Shown here in pieces: positions 48,177-58,300 of a DNA stretch of 64,000 nt. Source of the DNA: a virus (lineage: Duplodnaviria > Caudoviricetes); the IMG/VR virus record IMGVR_UViG_3300008259_002957. One strand, written 5' to 3'. The translations under genes were made by a program, and so were the position numbers. How positions within the stretch are numbered: position 1 is the stretch's first letter; each line of letters starts with the position of its first letter. The notes below the pieces were generated by a model. That model saw only the letters and a list, made by a program, of their open reading frames with translations, was not told where the DNA came from and made no database searches.

Positions 48177-50624
48177 ATGATATCTCCACGTCAAATAAGA
48201 ACAAAGACAAGTAGAACAACACAAGAATTGGTAAACACAGGTACTGCTGGTCCGTTCTTGGCAAAAGTTATTGGTCATCTTGATCAAACATTTATGGGAG
48301 GCTTAAAAGTTCAACTTTTAAGAACAACATCGTCAGCAGATAACGATTCTCAAGATGGTGAAATTGTTACAGTGCAATATGCTTCGCCTTTTTCGGGAGC
48401 AACACCGATATATGGTGCAGGCGGCGCTGACAACTATTCTAACACTCAAAAAAGTTACGGTTTTTGGGCTGTTCCACCTGATGTAGGATCTAAAGTTTTA
48501 GTAACTTTTGTAGAAGGTCGCCGAGACTTTGGATTTTGGTTTGCATGTGTGCAGGACGACTTTATGAATTTTATGATTCCTGACGGCAGAGCAGCAACTT
48601 CGAACACTACAGGAAGTGTTCCTGAATATTACAAAGGTAAAAAACTTCCAGTTGGCGAATACAACAAACATCTAATTGATCCACAAGGACAAGCACAGCC
48701 GACATATTATCCTAGACCTGTAAACGACGATTATTTAAAGCGTATGGAAGAACAAGGTCTTGTTGAAGACGATGTCAGAGGACTTACATCAAGCAGTGCA
48801 AGACGCGAAGTTCCTAGCAATGTTTATGGTATGAGCACACCAGGACCTTTAGATAAAAGATCCAATGCACCTAAAGTTCCACGAGGCACCGTAGATTCTG
48901 AAAAATTGTTTTTTTCAAGCAGACTTGGCGGGCATAGTATTGTTATGGATGACGGAGATGAAAAAATTCTTCGCAAAGGTCACGCTAAAGATACTCCACA
49001 GGAATACGCAAACTTAAAAGTAAATCAAACAGACGGAGATCCGACATTACCTGCAAATGAACTATTTAGACTTCGTACTAGAACCGGTCATCAAATATTA
49101 ATGCATAATACTGAAGACTTGATTTATATATCAAATGCTAGAGGTACTGCTTGGATTGAATTAACATCCAACGGTAAAATTGACATCTATGCGTTTGATA
49201 GTGTTAGTGTACACACAAACAATGATTTAAATTTTACAGCTGATAGAGACATCAATTTCACTGCATACGAAAATATGAATTTTGTTGTTGGTAAAGAACT
49301 TAGAATAGATACTGGTGATAGTATTAGTATGACAACTGGTAATTTTTATTCTCTTAATGCAGCAGATAGTATATCTCAAACAGCAGGAGAATTTATTGCA
49401 GGATATGCTGGTTCTAGTGTAACGCTTGTAGCCAACACTGATTTTACAGCACTTGGTGCAGGAGTATCAATTGGATCAACGGGAATAATTGGCATTGAAG
49501 GTTGTAGTGCAGTAAAGATATCAACAGACGGTGATATTCATAACAAAGCATTAGGATCAATTTATAATTCTACTGTAGGCGATATTAACTTTGATACAGG
49601 TCAACGTTTTCTAATTAAAACAGGAAGTGTAGTAGGTGTTGATGCGGGTGGAAATATTATTTTAAAAGCAAACACAGACATTCAATTAAATGGACCAACA
49701 CCGCCGTCGCCGTTACCTGCTACTTTACCGCCTGCTCCGGATCCAGTAAATACATTAGATCCTAAACGTGCCTTACAAACATCAAGACAACCAAATCACG
49801 AACCTTGGTATCAGCACGAGAATTTAAACCCTCTAGCATATACTCCTGAAAGAACTAGAGCAGGATCACAGGCAGTTAATTCCTTTAATATCCCGACTAG
49901 TGATACTTTCTTACCACCAACAAGACAACAACCATCAGGAACAGTTAACTCGACTTACTTCCCACAATACGACGGCACTACCACAGAAGGTGGCTTCCAA
50001 TCATTTGACGGAAGTCCGAATGTCAACGCTTATAGAGGTACACCTGGAGAACCGTTGCCAGAAAGTCAGCTTGTTGGTGTTATCGACGGATTTACAAAGG
50101 CAGAAACAGCAGCGTTTCTTGGAGCAATTGGTAAACGAGAAAGTAACAATGCTTATGATGCAGTTAACTCGATTGGGTTCTCTGGAAAGTATCAATTTGG
50201 GGATGGAGCGTTAGAAGACTTAGGATACCTAAAGCCAGGCACTACTGCAAAATATAGTGTAAAAAATGCATTGTTAATTTCAGAAAATTGGACAGGCAAA
50301 GATGGTATAACCTCTAGAGATGCATGGCTTGCTAATACAACAGTTCAAGAAAAAGCAATGCTTGACTATACTAACAGAAATTTAAAAACTTTAAAAAGAG
50401 TTGGCGGTGTTAGAGAAGGTGATGACAAACTTACTATTTCAGGTATGCTTGCTGGCTCTCACCTACTAGGAGCAGGAGGCATGAAAAAGTGGCGTAATGG
50501 CGAAGGTGGTGCTGATGCATACGGAACAACAGGTGACGAGTATTATGCATTAGGAAGAGCTGCATTGCAAAACGTTTCGTCAACAAGTACTACATCTAAT
50601 AATACCGGAGGAGGTCCTATTTAA
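48177..50624 (+). CDS. gp5: Baseplate spike (gp5-like) with OB fold, short beta-helix and C-terminal lysozyme-like domain
   Basis: SYGFWAVPPDVGSKVLVTF OB-fold, GHSIVMDDG / RTRTGHQI / IELTSNGKID repeats, and a C-terminal RES..Y...N..G..GKYQF glycosidase-type motif. Confidence 0.8.
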   Translation: MISPRQIRTKTSRTTQELVNTGTAGPFLAKVIGHLDQTFMGGLKVQLLRTTSSADNDSQDGEIVTVQYASPFSGATPIYGAGGADNYSNTQKSYGFWAVPPDVGSKVLVTFVEGRRDFGFWFACVQDDFMNFMIPDGRAATSNTTGSVPEYYKGKKLPVGEYNKHLIDPQGQAQPTYYPRPVNDDYLKRMEEQGLVEDDVRGLTSSSARREVPSNVYGMSTPGPLDKRSNAPKVPRGTVDSEKLFFSSRLGGHSIVMDDGDEKILRKGHAKDTPQEYANLKVNQTDGDPTLPANELFRLRTRTGHQILMHNTEDLIYISNARGTAWIELTSNGKIDIYAFDSVSVHTNNDLNFTADRDINFTAYENMNFVVGKELRIDTGDSISMTTGNFYSLNAADSISQTAGEFIAGYAGSSVTLVANTDFTALGAGVSIGSTGIIGIEGCSAVKISTDGDIHNKALGSIYNSTVGDINFDTGQRFLIKTGSVVGVDAGGNIILKANTDIQLNGPTPPSPLPATLPPAPDPVNTLDPKRALQTSRQPNHEPWYQHENLNPLAYTPERTRAGSQAVNSFNIPTSDTFLPPTRQQPSGTVNSTYFPQYDGTTTEGGFQSFDGSPNVNAYRGTPGEPLPESQLVGVIDGFTKAETAAFLGAIGKRESNNAYDAVNSIGFSGKYQFGDGALEDLGYLKPGTTAKYSVKNALLISENWTGKDGITSRDAWLANTTVQEKAMLDYTNRNLKTLKRVGGVREGDDKLTISGMLAGSHLLGAGGMKKWRNGEGGADAYGTTGDEYYALGRAALQNVSSTSTTSNNTGGGPI

Positions 50625-51382
50625 TGTGTCAAGTAGTTATACCACAAACTAGAGTATTATCGCCGAGAAGATGGGTATCTGATCCAGCAGAATTATCGAG
50701 ATATAATTCTAGAACCACAGCAGGTGCTATAAACAGCAGTGCAAGTCCTACTGATATACCTTATGGGCATTCTAATGCATACGGAGGCTTGGGAAACAGT
50801 GGGGGATTTGTTGCATATGAATCGCCAACAAATCCCCCACCTAAAGATACAATTTTTGGTTCAATAGAATATGCATTAAGCGAAGCAGCAAAACTCGGTT
50901 GGGGCGAAAATGGCACTCCGCCAAATCCAAACATTGCCAATTCGTGGCGCATAGCAGCAAATCAAGAAATACCAAATGACGGACGTTCATATCCGTGGTG
51001 TGCGTGTTTTGTAACTTACATTTTGAGTAAAGCAGGTACTGAATTTTTGAAAACTGCATCCTCGCAACAGTATGCTTCGTTTGGAAAAGCAGTAAATTGG
51101 AGAGGTTACAGTACGCTAAGAAAAAATGATATTGTTGTTTTTACACAAAAAGCAGATCCTAGCAAAGGGCATGTTGGATTTTTAGCAAGTGTTGATCCAA
51201 ATACAAAAATTTGGAAAATTGCTGGAGGAAATCAAGACGATAACTTTAATGTCACAAACTATAACGAAGTTGGATCAAACCTTTTTGTTAGAGAAGTTAG
51301 AAGAAACTGGGATATTCCTCCTGATTTTGACAAACCAGTTACTGGAGAAATCACAACAGCAAAAGATGGCAACACACGATAA
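50624..51382 (+). CDS. CHAP / NlpC-P60-type peptidoglycan hydrolase
   Basis: PWCACFV catalytic Cys, GHVGF catalytic His, GGNQ motif. Confidence 0.8.
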   Translation: MCQVVIPQTRVLSPRRWVSDPAELSRYNSRTTAGAINSSASPTDIPYGHSNAYGGLGNSGGFVAYESPTNPPPKDTIFGSIEYALSEAAKLGWGENGTPPNPNIANSWRIAANQEIPNDGRSYPWCACFVTYILSKAGTEFLKTASSQQYASFGKAVNWRGYSTLRKNDIVVFTQKADPSKGHVGFLASVDPNTKIWKIAGGNQDDNFNVTNYNEVGSNLFVREVRRNWDIPPDFDKPVTGEITTAKDGNTR

Positions 51383-51390
51383 ATATTACT

Positions 51391-51834
51391 ATGAGTTCGC
51401 TAGAAAAGAATCTTTATAAAAATCTTAAAATACAATCTCAACAGGTTGTTAATAAACCTATTGCTAGTAGAGCCTATCGTGGTATTTCAACTGTAAATCC
51501 TGACACAAAAGATTTTAAAAGTTATGATCTAGGATTAATCAAACAAGATATAATTAACCATTTTCATATAAGAATAGGTGAAAAACTAGAACGTCCTGAT
51601 TTTGGTACTATTATCTGGGACGTTCTTTATGAACCATTAACAGATTCATTAAAACAAGCAATTGTTAAAAATGTTACAGACATTGTTCGTTATGATCCAC
51701 GTGTTACAGTTGATAAAATAAGTGTAGATACCTATGAATCCGGTATTCAAATACAGTGCGAATTAACCTATCTTGATTACAGCATAAGCGAATTTTTACA
51801 GTTTAGGTTTGATAGACAAAACAACATACTTTAA
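51391..51834 (+). CDS. gp25: Baseplate wedge / sheath initiator (gp25-like)
   Basis: D..LIKQDI.NHF..R.GE...RPDFGT.I...L.EPL, YDPRV motifs. Confidence 0.9.
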   Translation: MSSLEKNLYKNLKIQSQQVVNKPIASRAYRGISTVNPDTKDFKSYDLGLIKQDIINHFHIRIGEKLERPDFGTIIWDVLYEPLTDSLKQAIVKNVTDIVRYDPRVTVDKISVDTYESGIQIQCELTYLDYSISEFLQFRFDRQNNIL

Positions 51835-51886
51835 TCTACGCACTTTATAAATCTCATAAATATAGTATAAAGTAAGGAAAGTGCTA

Positions 51887-54800
51887 ATGTCTTCTACAGA
51901 TAGACAAAATAGATTATTGCTAGCCGAAGATTGGAAAAAAGTTTATCAATCTTTTAAAAATGCAGATTTTAAATCATATGACTTTGACAATCTACGTCGA
52001 ACAATGGTTGATTATCTTCGTACTAATTATCCTGAGGATTTTAATGACTATATTGAGTCAAGCGAATATCTTGCGCTGATCGATATGATTGCTTTCCTTG
52101 GTCAAAACATTGCTTTCCGTGTGGATTTGAATTCGAGAGAAAACTTTTTAGAATTAGCAGAACGTAGAGAAAGTGTACTAAGATTAGCACGTTTGCTTTC
52201 ATACAACCCAAGAAGAAATCAACCTGCTAACGGACTGTTAAAAATAGTTTCTGTAAGCACTACAGAAAACATAATTGATAGTAATAATGTTAACATCAGT
52301 GGCAGAAGCATTGTTTGGAATGACAGCATTAATCCAGATTGGTTTGAACAGTTTATTAAAATACTAAATGCAGCAATGCCTGTACAAAATACTTTTGGAC
52401 GTCCGATTAAATTAGACAGTGTAGCAGGTATTCCAACAGAACAATATAGATTTGCTGGAACAGGTACAACAGTGCCTGTGTATGCATTTACAAAATCCAT
52501 TAACAACACTTCGATGGAATTTGAAGTAGTAAGTGCTGGAGTTGAAAATGGTTCTATTGTTGAAGAGCCGCCGTTGCCGGAAAACCAATTGGCATTTTTA
52601 TATAGAGATAATGGACAAGGTGCAGGCAGTAATTCAACTGGATTCTTTTTACATTTTAGACAAGGTTCGTTGCAGCGTGGAGAATTTACAATAGATTTTC
52701 CAGTTCCGAATCAAAAAATTGATGTTGACATTTCTAATATCAACGATTCAGACGTTTGGCTTTATAAGTTAGATGCAAACGGAAACGAATCCGAGTTGTG
52801 GACAAAAGTTGAAGCAGTTGAAGGCAACAACATTGTTTACAACAGTCTTGCTAAAAACATTAAAAATATTTTTAGTGTTTTAACTAGAGTTGATGACAGA
52901 GTTAGTTTAGTGTTTTCTGATGGTATTTTTGGTAACTTGCCAAAAGGAACATTCCGTTCTTATTATAGAACAAGTATAAACAGAGACTTTACAATTCTTC
53001 CTGCAAGTATTACTAATGTTACACTAAGAATTCCTTATATTAGTAGAATTGGAAGAACAGAAACATTAACAATTATTTGTGAACTAAAAGTTGCAGTTGA
53101 TAACGGTGCAAGTTCTGAATCGTCAGAGAATATTAAAAATAATGCTCCTGCAACATACTACACACAAAACAGACTTATAACCGGCGAAGATTATAATATT
53201 GGTCCACTTGGTGTAAGTCAAGATATTGTTAAAGTAAAATCCGTAAACAGAACTGCTAGTGGAATCAGTAGATATTATGATATATTGGATGCTACTGGAA
53301 AATACAGCAAAACCAATATGTTTGGCACCGACGGTGTTCTTTATAGAGAATACCTTGACGAAAAATCAACATTTAAATTTTTAACAAGAACAGATATTGA
53401 AAGTGTAATTGAAAATCAAATCACCGACATTCTTGGTGATAAAAATGTTAGAAATTTTTATCTTGCAGAATTTCCAAATCAAGAATATGCTGAACTTAAT
53501 TTAAAATGGAATTTAACAACTTCCGACACAAACAGATCAACAGGATATATCAAGGATTCTTCGGATATTGTTTATTCTGTAGGTAGTTTTACAGAAGGAC
53601 CTCTTCGTTTCTTAGAACCAGGTGCTATGGTAAAGTTTATTCCTGAAACTGGCAAGTATTTCTTACCGGATGGTACTACAACTACAAATCCAAACGCTAA
53701 AAACTCGTCTAGTTATAAATGGGTTAAAGTTGTAAGTGTATTTGAAAATGGAACAACAGTAACAACATCAGGATTAGGTCCTATTATTTTCAATGACATA
53801 ATTCCTAACAATTCTAAACTAGTGCAGATAAAACCAAAATTTGTAAGAGATATTGTCGACGATGTTATTGTAGATATGATTGATCAGATTTTTGCTTATA
53901 GAACATTTGGTTTAAGATACGATAGAGAAAATCGTCAGTGGGCAGTGATTACTCAAGAAAACTTGAATATTGTTGGAGACTTTAGTTTAGGACTTGCAGG
54001 AGATACAACAGGACAACAGCAGGACAGCAGTTGGATTGTTTTATTTGAAACTGACGGATCTACATATACTGTAACTTATAGAACACTTAGATATGTATTT
54101 GAAAGTGATGCTGAAATACGTTTCTATTTTGATAGTTCAAAAAAAATATATGATAGCAAAACCGGCACAATTATCAAAGACAAGATTACAGTTTTAAACA
54201 TTAATAATAATGTAAATTCTGGTACAGGTACAAGTCCGTTAACTAGAGATTTTGACTGGGAAGTTACCAAAGAGTATAGAGACACTGACGGATACGTTGA
54301 CAGTAAAAAAGTTGAAGTTGCCTTCTTTGACAGTGACGACGACGGCGTTATTGACGATCCGCAAATATTTGATGAAATTGTTAATACAACAACATACATC
54401 TTTAATAAGAAAGTGGTAATCAATAATAGCGAATTTTTAGTTTATGTTAACGCAGAAACTGAAAACATAATTACCGTTAACAGTAGAGCAGAAATTAATA
54501 CCACAGCAGAAAACAATCCTATTTTTTATATAATTTCCACAGACACATTTGAGCAACTAAACAGTGCTTCAAGATCGTTGACTACTCTTTATGATTACAG
54601 AGCATATACAGGTCGCGACGTAATTAAATTTCAATATATTCATGCCAGCGACGAAAATAATAGAATAGATCCAAGTAGTACAAACATCATTGATTCTTAT
54701 ATTTTAACAAAACAGTATGATATTAGTTTTAGACAATACCTTGACGGAACTGTAACCTCAGTTCCGTTGCCGTTGAGCAGCGATCAACTATTTAGAAGTT

Positions 54801-55321
54801 ATGGCGAAAAGATAAATGCTATCAAATCTATCAGTGATGAAATTATCTATCACCCAGTAAAATATAAAATTCTTTTTGGTAGCAAAAGTGAGACATCATT
54901 GCAAGCAGTTTTTAAAATTGTAAAAAATACAGAAAGAGTTGTAAACGACAATGACCTAAAGTCCAGAGTTATTACAGCAATTAATCAATTCTTTAACTTA
55001 GACAATTGGGAGTTCGGCGAAACATTTTATTGGAGCGAAATGTCTGCTTATATTATGAAAGAGTTATCACCTGATCTAAGTTCAATAATTATTGTTCCTC
55101 GAGCATCAACCAGTGCATTTGGAAGTCTTTATGAAGTTAAATCCGAAGCAGATGAAATTTTTATAAGCAGTGCAACAGTTGACGACGTTGAAGTTATATC
55201 TGCTATTACAGCAGACAGAATTAGATCCTCTGGTGCAATTGTAACATCGTCTAACGTAACTAATACTGGAATACAAAGTGGTACAGATACCACATCTACT
55301 ACTGGAGGCTTCATTTACTAA
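51887..55321 (+). CDS. gp6: Baseplate wedge protein (gp6-like), enlarged to ~1144 aa
   Basis: YDFDNLR..M.DYL..YPEDFNDY.ESSEY.ALID, AERRESVLRLA..LSY and APA.YYTQNR.ITGEDY motifs. ATG 51887 follows AAGGA. Confidence 0.9.
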   Translation: MSSTDRQNRLLLAEDWKKVYQSFKNADFKSYDFDNLRRTMVDYLRTNYPEDFNDYIESSEYLALIDMIAFLGQNIAFRVDLNSRENFLELAERRESVLRLARLLSYNPRRNQPANGLLKIVSVSTTENIIDSNNVNISGRSIVWNDSINPDWFEQFIKILNAAMPVQNTFGRPIKLDSVAGIPTEQYRFAGTGTTVPVYAFTKSINNTSMEFEVVSAGVENGSIVEEPPLPENQLAFLYRDNGQGAGSNSTGFFLHFRQGSLQRGEFTIDFPVPNQKIDVDISNINDSDVWLYKLDANGNESELWTKVEAVEGNNIVYNSLAKNIKNIFSVLTRVDDRVSLVFSDGIFGNLPKGTFRSYYRTSINRDFTILPASITNVTLRIPYISRIGRTETLTIICELKVAVDNGASSESSENIKNNAPATYYTQNRLITGEDYNIGPLGVSQDIVKVKSVNRTASGISRYYDILDATGKYSKTNMFGTDGVLYREYLDEKSTFKFLTRTDIESVIENQITDILGDKNVRNFYLAEFPNQEYAELNLKWNLTTSDTNRSTGYIKDSSDIVYSVGSFTEGPLRFLEPGAMVKFIPETGKYFLPDGTTTTNPNAKNSSSYKWVKVVSVFENGTTVTTSGLGPIIFNDIIPNNSKLVQIKPKFVRDIVDDVIVDMIDQIFAYRTFGLRYDRENRQWAVITQENLNIVGDFSLGLAGDTTGQQQDSSWIVLFETDGSTYTVTYRTLRYVFESDAEIRFYFDSSKKIYDSKTGTIIKDKITVLNINNNVNSGTGTSPLTRDFDWEVTKEYRDTDGYVDSKKVEVAFFDSDDDGVIDDPQIFDEIVNTTTYIFNKKVVINNSEFLVYVNAETENIITVNSRAEINTTAENNPIFYIISTDTFEQLNSASRSLTTLYDYRAYTGRDVIKFQYIHASDENNRIDPSSTNIIDSYILTKQYDISFRQYLDGTVTSVPLPLSSDQLFRSYGEKINAIKSISDEIIYHPVKYKILFGSKSETSLQAVFKIVKNTERVVNDNDLKSRVITAINQFFNLDNWEFGETFYWSEMSAYIMKELSPDLSSIIIVPRASTSAFGSLYEVKSEADEIFISSATVDDVEVISAITADRIRSSGAIVTSSNVTNTGIQSGTDTTSTTGGFIY

Positions 55322-58300
55322 TGGCATACGATAAAGAACAAGAAGATTTTCCCTTACCAGCAGGAAATAACAATTCTATAACTTCGGCAACATTTTTGCC
55401 GAAGTACTTTAGAACTGATACAAATAGAAAGTTCTTAGGTAGCACTGTTGATCAAATGATCCAACCGGGTGTGGTAGAAAAAATCAACTCGTTTGTTGGT
55501 AGACGTTACTCAGTTGCAGCAACTACAAATGACAGTTATCTTCCTGACTTTACAGTAGATAGAGAAAATTATCAGTTTGAACCGGTTTCTTTATACAAAG
55601 ACGAACTAGGCAATGTTGAGTTTTATAAAGATTACAATGATTATATTGGACAAATTAAAAACTTTAAAGGTTCAGCGAGCAATCACAGTATTTTAAACAG
55701 TCAAGAATTCTATTCTTGGGATCCACACATAGACTGGGACAAGTTTACTAATTTTAGAGAATACTATTGGCTACCTATAGGTCCAGTACCTGTGGATGTT
55801 GTAGGACAAACCAGAGAAGTTGTAAGCACATATTCTGTTTCGTTAATTGAAGATGCAGACAATTTTGCATATGTATTTTCCACAGATGAATTTCCAAGTG
55901 CTCCAGTGCTAAGAAATCCCACAGTTAAACTTTACAAAGGACAAACTTATAGATTTGAAATTAACACACTAGGTCATCCGTTCTCTATTGCAATACTAAG
56001 AACTTTCCTGGATAATGATCCTACAGTTGGAACTGACTTTGTAAATCAAAGTACACTTTATAAAAAAGGTGTAGTTGTTTACACTAGAGATGTATTTGGT
56101 AATCTTATAGAAACCACAGACGAGTATATCGAAACTGGTGTAATAGAATTTACTGTACCTGATGATGCACCAGAAGCATTGTATTACATAAGCAAAAACG
56201 ATGTCAACGTTAGCGGTATTTTTTCAGTAAACAACATTGTTGAAAATTCATTCATTGACGTTGAAAAAGAAATTGTTGGTAAAAAAACTTACAAAACAAG
56301 TAGTGGCGTTGAACTAAGCAACGGTATGAAATTATCTTTCAAAGGATTGGTTACTCCGGCAACTTATTCTGAAGGTTATTTCTATGTCGAAGGTGTGGGT
56401 AATTCTATTCAACTTGTTGCAGAACAAGATCTCGAAGTACCTGCAATTTTTACTACACTGTTTGAAATTCCATTTGACGGTGAAAACTTTGGATTTGACC
56501 AATATCCTTACGAAGATGCAACATCGTTTCCTGGCACCAAGGACTATATTGTAATTAACAGAGTCAGTGCCGATCGAAATCCATGGGCTCGTTACAATCG
56601 TTGGTTCCATAGATCTTTAATTGAAGCATCATTTGCTGCAAATAATCTTCCGGTTGTAATTGACGAAGATGCTAGAGCAAAACGTCCTATTATAGAATTT
56701 GAAGCAGGATTGAAACTTTTCAATCACGGCACAAAAGCAAAGAAAAATGTAAATCTAATTGACACTTATACAACAGATGTATTTTCCACAGTTGAAGGAT
56801 CGCTTGGGTATAACGTTGATCAAGTTGATTTAGTTGACGGCATGCGTGTTATTTTTGCTGCTGATACCGACATCTTGGTTAATGGAAAAATTTACGAAGT
56901 ACGATTTATTACACACAACGGTCGTAGACAAATTTCGCTAGTAGAAACTGAAGATTCTGCACCAGCAACAGATGATGCAGTTTTAATTCTTGATGGTATT
57001 GACTATAAAGGAAAAATGTTCTGGTACAACGGAACACAGTGGAAACAGTCACAAGAAAAAACCAGTGTAAACCAAGCACCAACGTTTGATTTATTTGACA
57101 AAGACGAAAATAGTTTTAATGATAACTTGGTTTATCCTGCTAATAACTTTAGAGGAAATAAAGTATTTTCTTATAAAGTTGGCACAGGTACAGCAGATTC
57201 TGAATTAGGGTTTTCTCTAACCTATAGAAATATTACCAATGTAGGCGACATTGTTTTTGAATTTAATCTTTTAAGTGAATCAGTAGAATATCAGATTGAA
57301 CCTTCGGGCGCAGCAAATATCTTTACAGACGTAGGATATTTAAAAAAGTATAATTCAGCAGGCACAGACTTTGTATATGTAAACGGTTGGAAAAAGGCAA
57401 TTGCAAACAGCAAACAGGCTGTGGTTAGACAGTACAACGTTTCGAGTCAAGTTAATAATTTCCGAGTTGACGTTTATAATAACAGCGGAAGTTTGACTGA
57501 CTTGTTTGTAAAAGTCTTTATCAACGGAACAAGAAAAGAACTAAACAAAGATTTTACAATACAAAACATCAATGGATTTGCAACAGTTGTTTTAACTGTA
57601 AACGCAACAGTAGATGATATTGTTTTATTAAAGTGTTATAGTGCGGCTCCTAAAAATTCAAAAGGATTTTACGAAGTTCCTATAAACTTTGAAAAGAATC
57701 CATTGAATGAAAATATAACAACATTTACTTTAGGTGAAGTAAACGATCACGTTGAAAGTATTATTGAAGAAGTTGCGGAATACACTGGATCGTTTCCTGG
57801 AATCTCCAATCTAAGAGACTTAGGAAACGTAACAGCATACGGACAAAAGTTTGTACAACACAGTGGTCCTGTTAATCTCTCGTTGTACCACATGACTGAT
57901 AAAAATTCTAATATTATAAAAAGTATTAGATATGCTCGTAAAGAGTATGCAAAATTTAAAAGAAAGTTTTTATACGAAGCAGAAAAGACAGGATTTCATG
58001 GACCTGTAAAAGATCATGTTGACTTAATTTTAAGCACTATCAAAAAAGATTTTATATCTTCTAGACCATTTTATTTTGGAGACATGATTGGATTTGGTGC
58101 AGCAAGAAAAACAATTCATACTATCGAATACAACGGTCCTGCATATTTTGCACTATCACAAAATTTCAATCTAACTTCTCTTTCAACAAAAGCAGTAAAT
58201 GTTTACTTGAACAGTGAACAGTTGTTGCATGAAAGAGATTACACATTCACTGATAGTTTTGTTTATGTAACACTTGATTTACAAGACGGTGACTTAATCG

